From: Candidatus Omnitrophota bacterium
GTDB taxonomy: Bacteria > Omnitrophota > Omnitrophia > Omnitrophales > Aquincolibacteriaceae
DNA: 64,000 nt
Assembly: GCA_022711115.1 (NCBI GenBank)
Contig: JAKLFP010000001.1
Location: forward strand, 5,183 to 69,182
Direction of reading: 5' to 3'
Within the stretch, counting starts at the first letter, position 1; each line of letters starts with the position of its first letter. The translations under genes were made by a program, and so were the position numbers. The notes under the pieces were generated by a model, which saw nothing but the letters and a program-made list of their open reading frames with translations, was not told where the DNA came from and made no database searches. Positions 1 through 10,184 of this stretch are shown here, one piece after another.

Positions 1-1716
1 AAGGTATTCGCCTGTGATGGAAGGAGCATATTTTTTAAGCTCCTCAACGCTGCCTTGAAACACAAGATCCCCCCCTTTGGCACCGCCCCGCGGCCCGAGA
101 TCGATCACGCCATCCGCAGACTGGATCATGGTCCGGTCATGTTCCACCACCACAACTGTGTTCCCGAGATCGCGAAGTTTTTTCAAAAGGTCAATCAACA
201 TCTGATTATCGCGTTCATGAAGGCCGATGCTAGGCTCATCCAACACATAAAGTGTATCCACAAGCGCTGAGCCGAGAGAACTTGCCAAGTGGATCCTCTC
301 GACTTCCCCGCCCGACAGTGTCCGTGACATCCGGTCCAGCGTCAGGTAACCGAGCCCGACGTCCTTCAGAAACCGCACACGGCTCAAAAGTTCTTTATGA
401 ACCGGTTCAATTTTTTCTTTTTCTTCAGCACGGAATTCGAGCGACTCCAGAAAGAGCAAAAGTTCTTCAATGCTCAAAGCTTGGACCTCGGCAATATTTT
501 TTCCACCAAGCAGGAAATGGAGTCCTTCAGGCTTGAGCCGTGTCGCATGACAAACATGACACGGCACATACCCGCGGTAACGGTTCAAAAAAATCCGGAC
601 ATGCATTTTGTAAGTTTTCCGGTTCAGATAATCGAAAAAGGCTTGCACGCTAACAAAATCATCCCCGTCATACCCACGGAGGATCCATTTGCGATGCTGT
701 GGCTTTAATTTACCCCAAGGAATCCGTGTCGGAATACGCTTGCGCTCACAAAAATCTAAAAGTTGCCCTTGTTCCCAACGCGCACTCCCCTTGGTGAAGG
801 GTTCAATGGCGCCATCCCGAATCGATTTTGAAGGATCCGGAACCACAAGATCCCAATCAATCGTAATCACACGGCCAAACCCCTGACAGGTGGGGCACGC
901 GCCAAGCGGGCTATTGAAAGAAAAAAGATTTGGGGTTGGCTTCACAAAGGATCTCCCGCAAGAGAAGCAGCGCAACGCCCCTGAAAATTTTAGAATACGA
1001 CCGGCGATCCAGACTTCCCCTTCCCCGCGTCCCAGGCGAAAGGACTGTTCTAGAGAATCCGTAAGACGTTCTTTGTTGTTTTGTAAAATTTTCAAACGAT
1101 CCGCGCAAACTGAAAGTTCTTTAAAAACAACTTTTTTCCGTAGAAGAGTCTCCGCACACAGCCATTCCCCGCCATAAAAAAATTCGCTAAATCCTTGTCT
1201 CTCAAGCTCTTCGAAATTCTCCCGAACATATTTTTGACTTTTCTGGCTAAAAAGAACCGAGAAAACGATCCTTGCTTCTTGCCCTTGGAATTCGGAAAGT
1301 AATCGTTCTGCAGCTTTCGCTGGATCGTGTTCTTGGACCTCGATATGGCAATCAGGACATATCAAGCGGCCGGCACGTGCGAAAGCCACGCGCAGGTAAT
1401 CATTGATCTCGGTTTGAGTCCCGACAGTGGAGCGGGCATTGCTGATGGCATTTTTGGCCTGAATGGCCAGCGCTGGCGGAATACCTGCTGCGGAAGTAAT
1501 ATCGGGTTTCGGCATACGCTCCAGAAATTGGCGGGCATAAGCGGAAACAGATTCAATATAGCGGCGTTGGCCTTCGGCATAAAGTGTGTCAAAGGCCAGA
1601 GAGGATTTTCCGGAACCGGAAACACCCGTCACGACATAAAATTTTCGGTGCGGAAGAACCAGATCAAAGTTCTTTAGATTGTGGGTCTTGATCCCACGTA
1701 GCAGAATCGCATCCAA
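1..1716 (-). CDS. uvrA: excinuclease ABC subunit A (UvrA), N-terminal ~570 aa; gene continues beyond the window start
   Basis: Manual translation of the reverse strand gives LDAILLRGIKTHNLKNFDLVLPHRKFYVVTGVSGSGKSSLAFDTLYAEGQRRYIESVSAYARQFL... with Walker A, a zinc-finger CPDC...CxxC region, the ABC signature LSGGE and VLDEPSIGLH. The frame stays open to position 1. The probable TTG start at 1716 lies 6 nt after the stop of the upstream gene. It is absent from the ORF track only because the gene has no stop inside the window. Confidence 0.85.
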   Translation of the reverse strand, partial: MDAILLRGIKTHNLKNFDLVLPHRKFYVVTGVSGSGKSSLAFDTLYAEGQRRYIESVSAYARQFLERMPKPDITSAAGIPPALAIQAKNAISNARSTVGTQTEINDYLRVAFARAGRLICPDCHIEVQEHDPAKAAERLLSEFQGQEARIVFSVLFSQKSQKYVRENFEELERQGFSEFFYGGEWLCAETLLRKKVVFKELSVCADRLKILQNNKERLTDSLEQSFRLGRGEGEVWIAGRILKFSGALRCFSCGRSFVKPTPNLFSFNSPLGACPTCQGFGRVITIDWDLVVPDPSKSIRDGAIEPFTKGSARWEQGQLLDFCERKRIPTRIPWGKLKPQHRKWILRGYDGDDFVSVQAFFDYLNRKTYKMHVRIFLNRYRGYVPCHVCHATRLKPEGLHFLLGGKNIAEVQALSIEELLLFLESLEFRAEEKEKIEPVHKELLSRVRFLKDVGLGYLTLDRMSRTLSGGEVERIHLASSLGSALVDTLYVLDEPSIGLHERDNQMLIDLLKKLRDLGNTVVVVEHDRTMIQSADGVIDLGPRGGAKGGDLVFQGSVEELKKYAPSITGEYL

Positions 1717-1722
1717 GGGAGA

Positions 1723-2118
1723 TCAGCTTTTGACCTCGCGACTCAAAGCCTCCCCGATCACTTTAAGAAGTTGCTGCCCTCCGTAAACATGCTGGGTGTC
1801 TGGAAGGATATTGACCGAGGTTGTTCCAATATCAACACGTTTCACAATAAAAGAGATGCTCCGAAGATCAGAATCGTCAAGCCGGCTATAATTGACGTTA
1901 CGAACACTGATGATTCCTTTTTCCTTGTCCGTCGCATCAAGCTGCCAGTCTGCCTGAGAATTCAAAGCTTCGAGTGTTTTCAAGTAGGTCTGATCATATG
2001 CGAGTTTATAGGTCAGAACTTGGTCATTGGGCGGCATGACCTTTCCCACCGAGTTGCAACCGAACAAACCCGAAACAAGAATTAAAACAAGCATTACCTT
2101 TAAGATTTGGTTCATCAT
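1723..2118 (-). CDS. small lipoprotein (signal peptide + lipobox LFGC), unknown function
   Basis: 131-aa ORF. N-terminus MMNQILKVMLVLILVSGLFGC has a hydrophobic core plus a Cys lipobox. It sits 9 nt downstream of the giant OMP gene and 6 nt upstream of uvrA. Confidence 0.6.
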   Translation of the reverse strand: MMNQILKVMLVLILVSGLFGCNSVGKVMPPNDQVLTYKLAYDQTYLKTLEALNSQADWQLDATDKEKGIISVRNVNYSRLDDSDLRSISFIVKRVDIGTTSVNILPDTQHVYGGQQLLKVIGEALSREVKS

Positions 2119-2127
2119 ATTTTCTCC

Positions 2128-5100
2128 TTAAAATTTACCTGTCATGCGTATAAAGGGTCCATGACTTTGAGAATTATTTGCATTTCTGAGGTCATCGTTA
2201 AAGTCCGTGAAATTATACCCTAATCCGAGCCGAACGTATTCATAAAATTCACGATCAATTTCTACCAACGCGCCGTGTTTGAGGTTGTCCGCCGAGGACG
2301 TTTGGAAAAGAATTCGGTATTCTATGGCCAGATCCCATTTTCGGGTGACATGAAAGTTGATGCGATTGGCGGACAAAAAGGTATTCACCCCAAGCATGTC
2401 TCCGACGGAAGTGCTCACCGACGATCGTTTAAAAGCCAGTTTTTCTACCAAACCGAAATAACGATTCAGGTCATAAGCGACGTCCATCGCAAAAATATGC
2501 GCGGCCTGATCAAATTGAAAGCCGTCATAATAGGAATTATCATATTGGGCATCACTCCCCAAATCCTGCAAATAGGTATAGCGTGCCAGCATATTCAGTT
2601 TATCAAGTTTGACCGGCCGTATCGCGAACCCGCTCGTCAATTCCACAAATGTCGCCGGACTATTATCCGGATTGTATTGCATCGTATCTCCTAAATTGAA
2701 TCTTGTCAGAAAAGCCACGTCTTCATTAATCTGATATTGCAAAGAGTTTTGCGTCACAAGCTGACTCATTTTGGGAAGAGTCTGATCCGCCCGAATTTCC
2801 ACGTAGCTCCGGGCCCGGAACTTCTTCCCAAGGGCATAAGCCACATTGCCACCAACTGTATTAAAGGTATTGGCGCGTGCCAGCGCGTTCTGGGCGGCAT
2901 CATTGATCAACTGCATATTCGCGTTATTCAAGTGGCGACGTTCAAATTTGCCGCCATAATCCCAATGATCGCCCGCCTTTCCTTCGTAACCTAAAATATC
3001 CGAAAAACCATCCTGATTCTGATAACTCGAATATTGCCGTTCGGAATAGAAACGGGAGTGTTCGCTCAGTGAGAAAGAGTTGCCGATCGCTGTGGAAAGG
3101 GTTTTATCTCCGATCCCGCGATCAAAGGAACGAATATTCGCGTAACTACGAACACCGTTCCCGTGTTGACGCTCAAACCCGAAATTGGTCGAATCCCCAA
3201 GCGGCCCGAACATTTGCTCCAAATAAGCAAACAGATTGTTGATGATTTCATACCGCACACCGCCGCCGAACTGTTGATCCGCCTTGCCGTCCAACACAGT
3301 CTGAACTTTCACATAAGGCAGCAGGCGGTCGTTGATATGGTAACCGACCTTGCCGGTCACACCGTTTTTGAAAGGAAGCTGATTGTCCATGGTAGGGGTG
3401 ATATTGCTGATGCTTGTCACAGGGTCGAGATTCCGCCGCTGGTATTCAATCTCTCCGAGATACTTGCCGTCATCGTAAACGATCTGGGCTGTGTGTGTTC
3501 TCATGTTTTGATAAGGCGCGGAATTATTGGTCACATTCAGCGGTTCCAGTTGACTGACCACACCCCCATCGTCAAAACGGTAACGGATTGCCAAACTATC
3601 GGTGAATTTATATTTGCTTGCAAGCCCGTATTTTTTTAGACCTTCCTGGCTTCGCATATTGTTATTAGAAAAACCGGGGTCCAGTTCCTGCACATAACCG
3701 GTCATCTCAAGATTTTTCACAGGCTTGGACTGAGCCTTGATCAGATACGCCTCGCTGAGATCTTTGGTGTGTCGACCATGCAGAGGACTGAGATTCGCAT
3801 AACTGATCCCGCCATCGTAAGAGACTGAATTGCTAAGCTGCTGATTGATCGATTGTGCGTATTCTGCTGTTATTTTGGTATTGCGGCCGAATTTAAGCGT
3901 GGCATCGACACCCCGCAAATTATAATCATCATTCCCGGGCCGGCTTTCATTGACCGCGGTAGCACCTATCTTGATATGGTCGCCCATATCCGTATAACCT
4001 CGAATACCTTGGTTCGTACTCGAATCCAGGCTAGGCCCCGGATCGTATTCATAATCCACGATCAAATAGACAGGATTGCCATTCAGCATGTCGGCAGTGG
4101 TCATCGTATCCGTCGCAGACACGGAAGAAAGAGGCCGGGTAAGAAGAATACGACCTTCTTCATAATTGATTTCATAATCCGCCCCAGGCTGCAGATCATA
4201 ACTGGAAATCGCCATGTTCTGGATCTTGTCGCGGATCTCCACACGGACTTTTTCACTGCCTTCGATCATATTGCGATTACGCGTGTAAAAAAGTGTTCCC
4301 CCTGTGGCATAAAGTTCATTATGGTCTGCCTGACGATCGGATTTGGCCGAAAAGACCTTGAAACCCCGCTTGGGATCCCCGTAGATATTCGTCCCAACCG
4401 TTTCATAATTGACCTTGAGACCGGAAAGTGTCCGGCTGTAAGTAGTAAGCTCGGTATCATTGAATTCGGTTTTATAACTTCCCCATTGAGCGTACGAACG
4501 GTCCATTTCTACAAGCAAGAAAAGCCGTTGTGCCGTGTCCCGAGCCTCATAGTCACGCGTGGAACCATCTCCGTAAATCGGGTAATATTTGTTCGGATCA
4601 AGGCTCGTGAAAAAATTACTGCGGTTGTCCGCAGTATCATAATGCGCCTTCACAAGAAATTTTCCCTTCAGCTTGCCTTTCAGGAAAAAGGCCATTCGCC
4701 CGTCCTGGCGGAACCCATTCCGGTAGACATCCGAATCCGCGGTCTCCATGGCCCCTTTTGCAAAATTCTCGCCAAATTGCTGCTCGCCCAACGCGACCAT
4801 GAAGAACGTGCTGTCCTTCACTTTGATTTTCTTATGAAAGGATGTCGTTTCTCCGGAAGGCGTGATCGCCGTAATTTTCGCTTCATATTCCCCAGGCTCC
4901 ACAAAAAATTCTTTCTGAAACATGCCATTTTCCGGATCAACCGTCACCGGGGTGTCATTGATTTTGATCACATTGTTGGGCTGGGTTTTCCCCTGAACCC
5001 GCACCACGGGCTTGGCAACGAGCGGGATGCTCTGTTTGCCGTCTTTAAAAATATTGAAATCGCCGACCGGCGGGATCTCGGGGTGATAATTCTTTTCCGC

Positions 5101-6873
5101 TCTTGCATCCAACTTTGAATATACCTCAAAAAATTTCAAGGGCGTCCAATCTTCACGGTTTTTGGAATCACGCACCTTGAGTTGGTAGGAATAAATCCCA
5201 GGAGGAATCAAAAGTCCGGCCTCAGTCATTCCCGACCAAACGACTTCCGAAGGCGGTTGCCCGACGCCATAACCGATCCACATTGGTTTTCCGAATTCAT
5301 CACGAATTTCAAGAGCCCATTTCTTGATGAATCTTCCATAATTATTATTAAAAGTGAACACCGGATCTTTTTCCAAAACACCAATGCCCAGCTTCACCAC
5401 AGAAGGCTCCATCTGAACATCCAGCGTCGGGCGGGAGACATCGACCCCTTGCGTCACCATGACCATCAGATCTTTTTTGAAGTTCTCAGGAATACCGGAC
5501 GGCGGCAAGAGTACCGCAAAATTCGCTTTATTCATAATTCCCGGCGTGGTTTTTACAAGATAGGCTTCTTCCGTAACGAATTTTGTACCTTCCGGCAGGC
5601 TGTGCCCGTCGATTTTAATCACATGCCGTCCCGGCGTGACCCCGGGAATATGATAACGCCCATGTTCATCCGTCACGATTCCAATCCCTTCTTCTGTGTA
5701 CAGTCTGACCCAAGGGACACCATCTTCACCGCAATCCTGAACGCTGTTCTGATTGAGGTCATTAAAGACCTTGCCGATGACCGTCCCTTGTTCAAATACA
5801 GGATCCCCTTCGACAGAAAATTGAGTCGTCACTTTTTGTGATAATTTTCCAGGTGTCAAAACATTATCAATGGTCCCTGCGTAATCCGCTTGGACAGAAA
5901 CGCCGTCCACGCTTGATTCCAACGCATACGTCCTACCCAGTTGTACGCCGCTTGAAACCAGCATCACAAAACTAACATGGATCTCTTGATTGGGAACCAT
6001 ATTCCCGACATCCACAACCAGAAAGCCATCGCGATAACCCGCAGGGAGTCCGTTCACTCTGACCGACTGATCCGCATAGTCAAAACCTTGCGGGATTTTA
6101 AACTTCATTTGAGTATTTTGATAAGTATTGCCTGACGCATTTTTAAAACGCGCGTTAATCCCCACAGCATCGCCCGGGGCAACATTTTTTTTCGAAGCAG
6201 ACACTGAAAGTCCTACCGGATTGATGCCGCCGATGGCTTGAGTGACGATTAAGTATCGATTTGCAACGGCCGCACCGGCACTCTTCCGTGTCTTAATCGT
6301 AAAAACAACCCGGTTTGTTTCCTCCGGCGCCGTACCGGCGATTGAAAAAGCCTGATAACCACCCCCCGGAGGCGCTTGGGCCGAGCGAATCGAAAAACCA
6401 TTATCCGACAAATTGATGGGACTGCCGATCAGCTGATCTGTGCCATCTTCATTTTTATGTTTGAATTCAATCGCAATATCACCTCTTCCGGATCCTTGAA
6501 TATTCGTTTCCGCGTAAACCGTAAATGTCACATAATCGCCTGGTTTCACATTGTCATAGGTCTGAAATGTAAAACGATCTGTTCCCGCAGCCGCATCAGG
6601 CAGTTGTAAAGCAGAGCCGTTCGGAAGTGTCGAAAAGGTCCCCGGCGGATTAGGTGCTGTCGTAATCCTTGTTGCCCCGTTGGTATTGTCCCAATTCGCC
6701 GCAGTACCGTTACCAATAGATTGGCTAAAATCGCCATTGCCAAGGACATTGGCATAAGCAAAAGGGGTGTTAGAGGTAAAAAGGAAAACAAGAAAGAGCG
6801 CAAGCGATAAGAAAATACGCGCTGCTTTGTTTTTTTCTTTTTTAGCTCCCCACATCATAGCTAACAATTTCAC
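2128..6873 (-). CDS. giant outer-membrane-type protein (1581 aa): N-terminal signal peptide, extracellular beta-sandwich/DUF11-like and SdrD-B/CarboxypepD_reg-like modules, C-terminal ~700-aa putative beta-barrel ending in Phe
   Basis: Single uninterrupted ORF. Signal peptide ...FLVFLFTSNTPFAYA/NV. Internal segment VIGKVFNDLNQNSVQDCGEDGVPWVRLYTEEGIGIVTDEHGRYHIPGV resembles a Cna-B/SdrD-B fold. The C-terminal half is rich in alternating aromatic/Gly/Asn/Tyr beta-strand patterns and ends ...FIRMTGKF (OMP-type terminal Phe). Confidence 0.7.
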   Translation of the reverse strand: MKLLAMMWGAKKEKNKAARIFLSLALFLVFLFTSNTPFAYANVLGNGDFSQSIGNGTAANWDNTNGATRITTAPNPPGTFSTLPNGSALQLPDAAAGTDRFTFQTYDNVKPGDYVTFTVYAETNIQGSGRGDIAIEFKHKNEDGTDQLIGSPINLSDNGFSIRSAQAPPGGGYQAFSIAGTAPEETNRVVFTIKTRKSAGAAVANRYLIVTQAIGGINPVGLSVSASKKNVAPGDAVGINARFKNASGNTYQNTQMKFKIPQGFDYADQSVRVNGLPAGYRDGFLVVDVGNMVPNQEIHVSFVMLVSSGVQLGRTYALESSVDGVSVQADYAGTIDNVLTPGKLSQKVTTQFSVEGDPVFEQGTVIGKVFNDLNQNSVQDCGEDGVPWVRLYTEEGIGIVTDEHGRYHIPGVTPGRHVIKIDGHSLPEGTKFVTEEAYLVKTTPGIMNKANFAVLLPPSGIPENFKKDLMVMVTQGVDVSRPTLDVQMEPSVVKLGIGVLEKDPVFTFNNNYGRFIKKWALEIRDEFGKPMWIGYGVGQPPSEVVWSGMTEAGLLIPPGIYSYQLKVRDSKNREDWTPLKFFEVYSKLDARAEKNYHPEIPPVGDFNIFKDGKQSIPLVAKPVVRVQGKTQPNNVIKINDTPVTVDPENGMFQKEFFVEPGEYEAKITAITPSGETTSFHKKIKVKDSTFFMVALGEQQFGENFAKGAMETADSDVYRNGFRQDGRMAFFLKGKLKGKFLVKAHYDTADNRSNFFTSLDPNKYYPIYGDGSTRDYEARDTAQRLFLLVEMDRSYAQWGSYKTEFNDTELTTYSRTLSGLKVNYETVGTNIYGDPKRGFKVFSAKSDRQADHNELYATGGTLFYTRNRNMIEGSEKVRVEIRDKIQNMAISSYDLQPGADYEINYEEGRILLTRPLSSVSATDTMTTADMLNGNPVYLIVDYEYDPGPSLDSSTNQGIRGYTDMGDHIKIGATAVNESRPGNDDYNLRGVDATLKFGRNTKITAEYAQSINQQLSNSVSYDGGISYANLSPLHGRHTKDLSEAYLIKAQSKPVKNLEMTGYVQELDPGFSNNNMRSQEGLKKYGLASKYKFTDSLAIRYRFDDGGVVSQLEPLNVTNNSAPYQNMRTHTAQIVYDDGKYLGEIEYQRRNLDPVTSISNITPTMDNQLPFKNGVTGKVGYHINDRLLPYVKVQTVLDGKADQQFGGGVRYEIINNLFAYLEQMFGPLGDSTNFGFERQHGNGVRSYANIRSFDRGIGDKTLSTAIGNSFSLSEHSRFYSERQYSSYQNQDGFSDILGYEGKAGDHWDYGGKFERRHLNNANMQLINDAAQNALARANTFNTVGGNVAYALGKKFRARSYVEIRADQTLPKMSQLVTQNSLQYQINEDVAFLTRFNLGDTMQYNPDNSPATFVELTSGFAIRPVKLDKLNMLARYTYLQDLGSDAQYDNSYYDGFQFDQAAHIFAMDVAYDLNRYFGLVEKLAFKRSSVSTSVGDMLGVNTFLSANRINFHVTRKWDLAIEYRILFQTSSADNLKHGALVEIDREFYEYVRLGLGYNFTDFNDDLRNANNSQSHGPFIRMTGKF

Positions 6874-6879
6874 CTCTTT

Positions 6880-8445
6880 TTAAGAACGATTGCTGGAAAT
6901 GTTAATTCCGAAACGGAGGTCATAATTCGGCGGTTTTGGATTCGGGTCACCATCCTGTTTGACCCGCTGGGCTCTTCCGATGCCGACCCACTCCGCAAAA
7001 ACCTTGGTCTTGAAAAGCCACTGATTATCCTTCCAGCGGTAGCACCTGAACGGCATCCAACGGATTCCCGGTGCTAAAAAGTATTGGTTCTGGTACCAGA
7101 AGGAAAATTCGCTGTTATTGGTGGCATCAAAACGAAGGTAAGGCATAAGAGCAAATTCATCATTGATGGGATTGTCAGGCAAAGGGATACCGGGCAATTT
7201 GATACCAACCATGACCGAGGAATTGGCAATGAGCGCATTAAAACTTTTTTCCGGACCGAAATTAGTTTTATCCACATAGTAATTCCCGTAATACTCCCCC
7301 CATACATACTGGCGAAGATAATCCGTAAATTTCTCGGGACGTCCCTCCACCAACGTCGGAAGTTCGATGCCCCATTCATAAAAAATATCAACACCCCAGA
7401 TAAGATCATAATCCTTGCTGCCCTGGATATCATTTTTGATGTTGTAGCGGTTACCGTACATAATGTAAGTGCGATAGCTGCGTATCCAATCGAGGATCGG
7501 AATACCGCCAAACGGGCGATAATTCTGGAGCCAAACATTACGGCGCAAGGGATACCATTCAAGACCGGCAAAAAGTTTTAAATTATTGCTGTAGGGAGTG
7601 GAGGTAGAATCCAGATTGATCGTGCTTTCCAAAAATGGATCGATCGTGTTCAGAGGAAAGCGGATCCCTTTGAATACAATGCGGTTCGTCCAGTATCCCA
7701 CTTGACTATCGTATTGATTTTCAGAAAGATTGGTGTTCCGCCAACTCGTTTCTCCGAAAGATTGCCAGAGGATCGGTTCTCCCGCGGGAGTCCCTTGGAA
7801 CGGTCCCCAGAGTTTTTCGCCGATATCCATCTGATCGGTAAATTTAAGGATGAGTTCTTCTTCTTTTTTGAACTGTGCCGGCGTTTTGATTTCGACCGGC
7901 GGCTCGGGTTCAACGGGGACATAGACCGGAGCTTCACGGACGAACTTTTCAAAATCACCGCCTTTTGCTTGAACCGATTTTTTCATGGAAGCAATTTCGG
8001 CTGTGGCTTCTCCCGTGGTCTTGTATGCCTTGTCCCCGATCCAATACAGCTCCGTCGTTTTACCGCTCGCGTCAGGAATAGGCAGCTGACGAATCTCAAC
8101 GCCCTCGTACGCGGCTGTTTTTAGATTTTTTTTGATGTATTGGTCGATCTCTTTGATGTCCTTCAAACCGGAAAGAAATCGGGATTTCAAGACCCCTCCG
8201 CCAAAGTCCGTTACAATGGAATATTCCGCTTTCTGTTGCCGGGACGGCGTCTTCAGGATGGAAAAACCGCGAACTTCGTTAATCTTATTGTCGAGTCTTT
8301 GATCGGACGGAGCAAAGAAGTATTCGGCGTAAGGGTTAGGAACGGGCGCTTCAGAAGAAATTCTTGCTTTTTCTTGAGCAAAGGCTGGGATGGCTATGGA
8401 TAGAAAGATGGCGATGAGAAAAATTAAATTTTTTTTAATTTTCAT
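6880..8445 (-). CDS. secreted/envelope protein (521 aa), signal peptide, Trp/Tyr-rich C-terminal half; unknown function
   Basis: ORF with signal peptide MKIKKNLIFLIAIFLSIAIPAFA/QE. Its stop lies 6 nt before the giant OMP start codon (tight coupling). The C-terminal region is W/Y/N rich with alternating hydrophobic residues. Confidence 0.55.
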   Translation of the reverse strand: MKIKKNLIFLIAIFLSIAIPAFAQEKARISSEAPVPNPYAEYFFAPSDQRLDNKINEVRGFSILKTPSRQQKAEYSIVTDFGGGVLKSRFLSGLKDIKEIDQYIKKNLKTAAYEGVEIRQLPIPDASGKTTELYWIGDKAYKTTGEATAEIASMKKSVQAKGGDFEKFVREAPVYVPVEPEPPVEIKTPAQFKKEEELILKFTDQMDIGEKLWGPFQGTPAGEPILWQSFGETSWRNTNLSENQYDSQVGYWTNRIVFKGIRFPLNTIDPFLESTINLDSTSTPYSNNLKLFAGLEWYPLRRNVWLQNYRPFGGIPILDWIRSYRTYIMYGNRYNIKNDIQGSKDYDLIWGVDIFYEWGIELPTLVEGRPEKFTDYLRQYVWGEYYGNYYVDKTNFGPEKSFNALIANSSVMVGIKLPGIPLPDNPINDEFALMPYLRFDATNNSEFSFWYQNQYFLAPGIRWMPFRCYRWKDNQWLFKTKVFAEWVGIGRAQRVKQDGDPNPKPPNYDLRFGINISSNRS

Positions 8446-8502
8446 CGCCAGTAAGTTTTCCCTTTTTTTGTAACACCTTGAAAAACTTATAGAAAGAGAC
8501 GG

Positions 8503-9303
8503 CTATGCCATGTTTAATACTTGTTGCATATCATAAAGACCAGGCTTTTTTTTCGCAAGAAATTTTGCTGCTAAAAGAGCCCCGCGAGCAAAGGCTTCGC
8601 GCGAGGAAGCCCTGTGAATGAGCTCGACTCGTTCACCGTCGCCTAAAAACGAAATGGTGTGGTCCCCCACAACATCACCCCCGCGAAGCGCAAAGACACC
8701 GATCTTCCCTTTTTCTCGGGCACCGGTTTCACCGTTGCGCCCATAGACCACATCTTTCTTTGTACATCCTCTAACTTCGGCAAAAATCTCAAGAAGCTTT
8801 AAAGCCGTACCGCTGGGCGCATCTTTTTTCATCCGGTGATGGATCTCCGTAATTTCAAGGTCATAACTTTTATCCAGGATGGACCCGGCCAGTGCCGCTA
8901 ATTTAAAAAGCAGATTGACACCGATACTCATATTCGGAGATTGCAAAATCGGGATCTTTTTGGAAGCAGACTTGACCTGTTTGATCGTTACCGGAGGAAT
9001 TCCCGTGGCACCGATCACATAGGCCGTGTGGGTTTGGACTGCTGCCTTTAAATTTTCAGGGATCGCCGAAAAATGGCTGAAATCGATCATAACGTCCGCC
9101 TGCGACAAAACGGCAACGGCATCCTGCGTTACTTTGACACCCATCAGGTCTTTACCGATAAGCGGACCTATGTCCTGTCCGAGCGCTGCATGGCCTCGTT
9201 GTTCGATGCCACCCACGATCTTGAAAGCTTTGTCCTGGCTGGCGAGCTGAAGAATGATTTTTCCCATCCGGCCCGCGGCACCGGCCATCACAAGTTTTAT
9301 CAT
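8503..9303 (-). CDS. dapB: 4-hydroxy-tetrahydrodipicolinate reductase
   Basis: MIKLVMAGAAGRMGK... (NAD(P)-binding GxxGxxG) and EITEIHHRMKKDAPSGTAL motif. Start trimmed from the track ORF (9369) to the ATG at 9303, which overlaps the dapA stop (ATGA). Confidence 0.85.
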   Translation of the reverse strand: MIKLVMAGAAGRMGKIILQLASQDKAFKIVGGIEQRGHAALGQDIGPLIGKDLMGVKVTQDAVAVLSQADVMIDFSHFSAIPENLKAAVQTHTAYVIGATGIPPVTIKQVKSASKKIPILQSPNMSIGVNLLFKLAALAGSILDKSYDLEITEIHHRMKKDAPSGTALKLLEIFAEVRGCTKKDVVYGRNGETGAREKGKIGVFALRGGDVVGDHTISFLGDGERVELIHRASSREAFARGALLAAKFLAKKKPGLYDMQQVLNMA

Positions 9304-10184
9304 TTCACAACCCCTATTTTTTTCAAAACTTCCGCCAGTTTTCTCTCGTTCTCCGGCTTCATTTCGCAAAGCGGCAAGCGAATTTCCGGATGGATCATGC
9401 CCATCATCCCGAGAGCTGTTTTTACAGGGATCGGATTCGTTTCGATAAATGCAACTTTGGAAAGCGGATAAAGTTTTTTATGAAGAAGTCTGGCTTCGTT
9501 CATATCCCCGTGCAATGCCGCCGTCACCATATTCTTGACCAGCCTGGGAATGATATTCGCCGTCACCGAAATCACCCCTCGCGCACCGATTGCCAACAGC
9601 GGGTAGGTAAGGCTGTCCTCCCCGGAGAGAATCGGCAGGTCACAAAGTTGGGCGATCTGATCCGCCTGATCCATACTTCCGCTCGCTTCTTTGATCGCAA
9701 CAATATTATCAATTTTGGAGAGACGCGCTACGGTCTCAGGTGCGATTGAAACTCCCGTTCGGCCTGGCACATTGTAAAGCACCATGGGAATATCCACCCG
9801 TGAGGCAAGATACTGGTAATGCCGGTAAAGACCTTCCTGTGTCGGCTTGTTGTAGTAAGGCGTTACCACAAGCACTCCGTCCGCTGAGATTTTTTTGGCA
9901 TGCTGGACAAGGCCAAGAGCTTCCGTGGTATTGTTGGAACCGCAACCACAGATCACCGGGATGCGATGGTGGATATATTCCACCACAAAGGACATCACGC
10001 CGCGATGTTCTTCATGCGACATCGTGGCAGACTCTCCCGTTGTCCCGCACGGCACGATCACGTCCGTTCCTTCCTTAAGATGAAAATCTAAAAGACCTTT
10101 AAGTGCTTTTTCGTCCACTTTGCCGTTACGAAACGGTGTGACCAACGCAACCATGGACCCTTCAAATAAAACTTTCTTTTTCAT
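9300..10184 (-). CDS. dapA: 4-hydroxy-tetrahydrodipicolinate synthase
   Basis: 294 aa. TPF...CGTTGES and the AIKEASG (Schiff-base Lys) motifs typical of DapA. Confidence 0.9.
   Translation of the reverse strand: MKKKVLFEGSMVALVTPFRNGKVDEKALKGLLDFHLKEGTDVIVPCGTTGESATMSHEEHRGVMSFVVEYIHHRIPVICGCGSNNTTEALGLVQHAKKISADGVLVVTPYYNKPTQEGLYRHYQYLASRVDIPMVLYNVPGRTGVSIAPETVARLSKIDNIVAIKEASGSMDQADQIAQLCDLPILSGEDSLTYPLLAIGARGVISVTANIIPRLVKNMVTAALHGDMNEARLLHKKLYPLSKVAFIETNPIPVKTALGMMGMIHPEIRLPLCEMKPENERKLAEVLKKIGVVK

Noticed and set aside
1-1716. Apparent absence of a long ORF over the UvrA-coding region in the ORF track (possible frameshifted pseudogene)
   Set aside because: Manual translation of the reverse strand is continuous from the TTG at 1716 to position 1 with all UvrA motifs. 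The gene simply has no stop inside the window.
3853-5118. 421-aa plus-strand ORF, and similar long antisense ORFs at 12501-13304, 14823-15683, 17331-18224, 35491-36504 and 42658-43563
   Set aside because: All lie antisense to well-conserved minus-strand genes (OMP, hss, lysA, argG, asd, secDF). They are Arg/Ile/His-rich low-complexity translations typical of reverse-frame artefacts.
8503-9369. N-terminal extensions of track ORFs (dapB to 9369, rplM to 28528, rpmB from 39691, LOG to 47463, membrane protein to 47896, PilZ from 59848, lysA to 15542)
   Set aside because: The extensions overlap upstream genes or the tRNA and do not align to the protein families. The track labels alternative start codons as M (e.g. 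lysA begins at a TTG). Starts were trimmed to the conserved N-termini.
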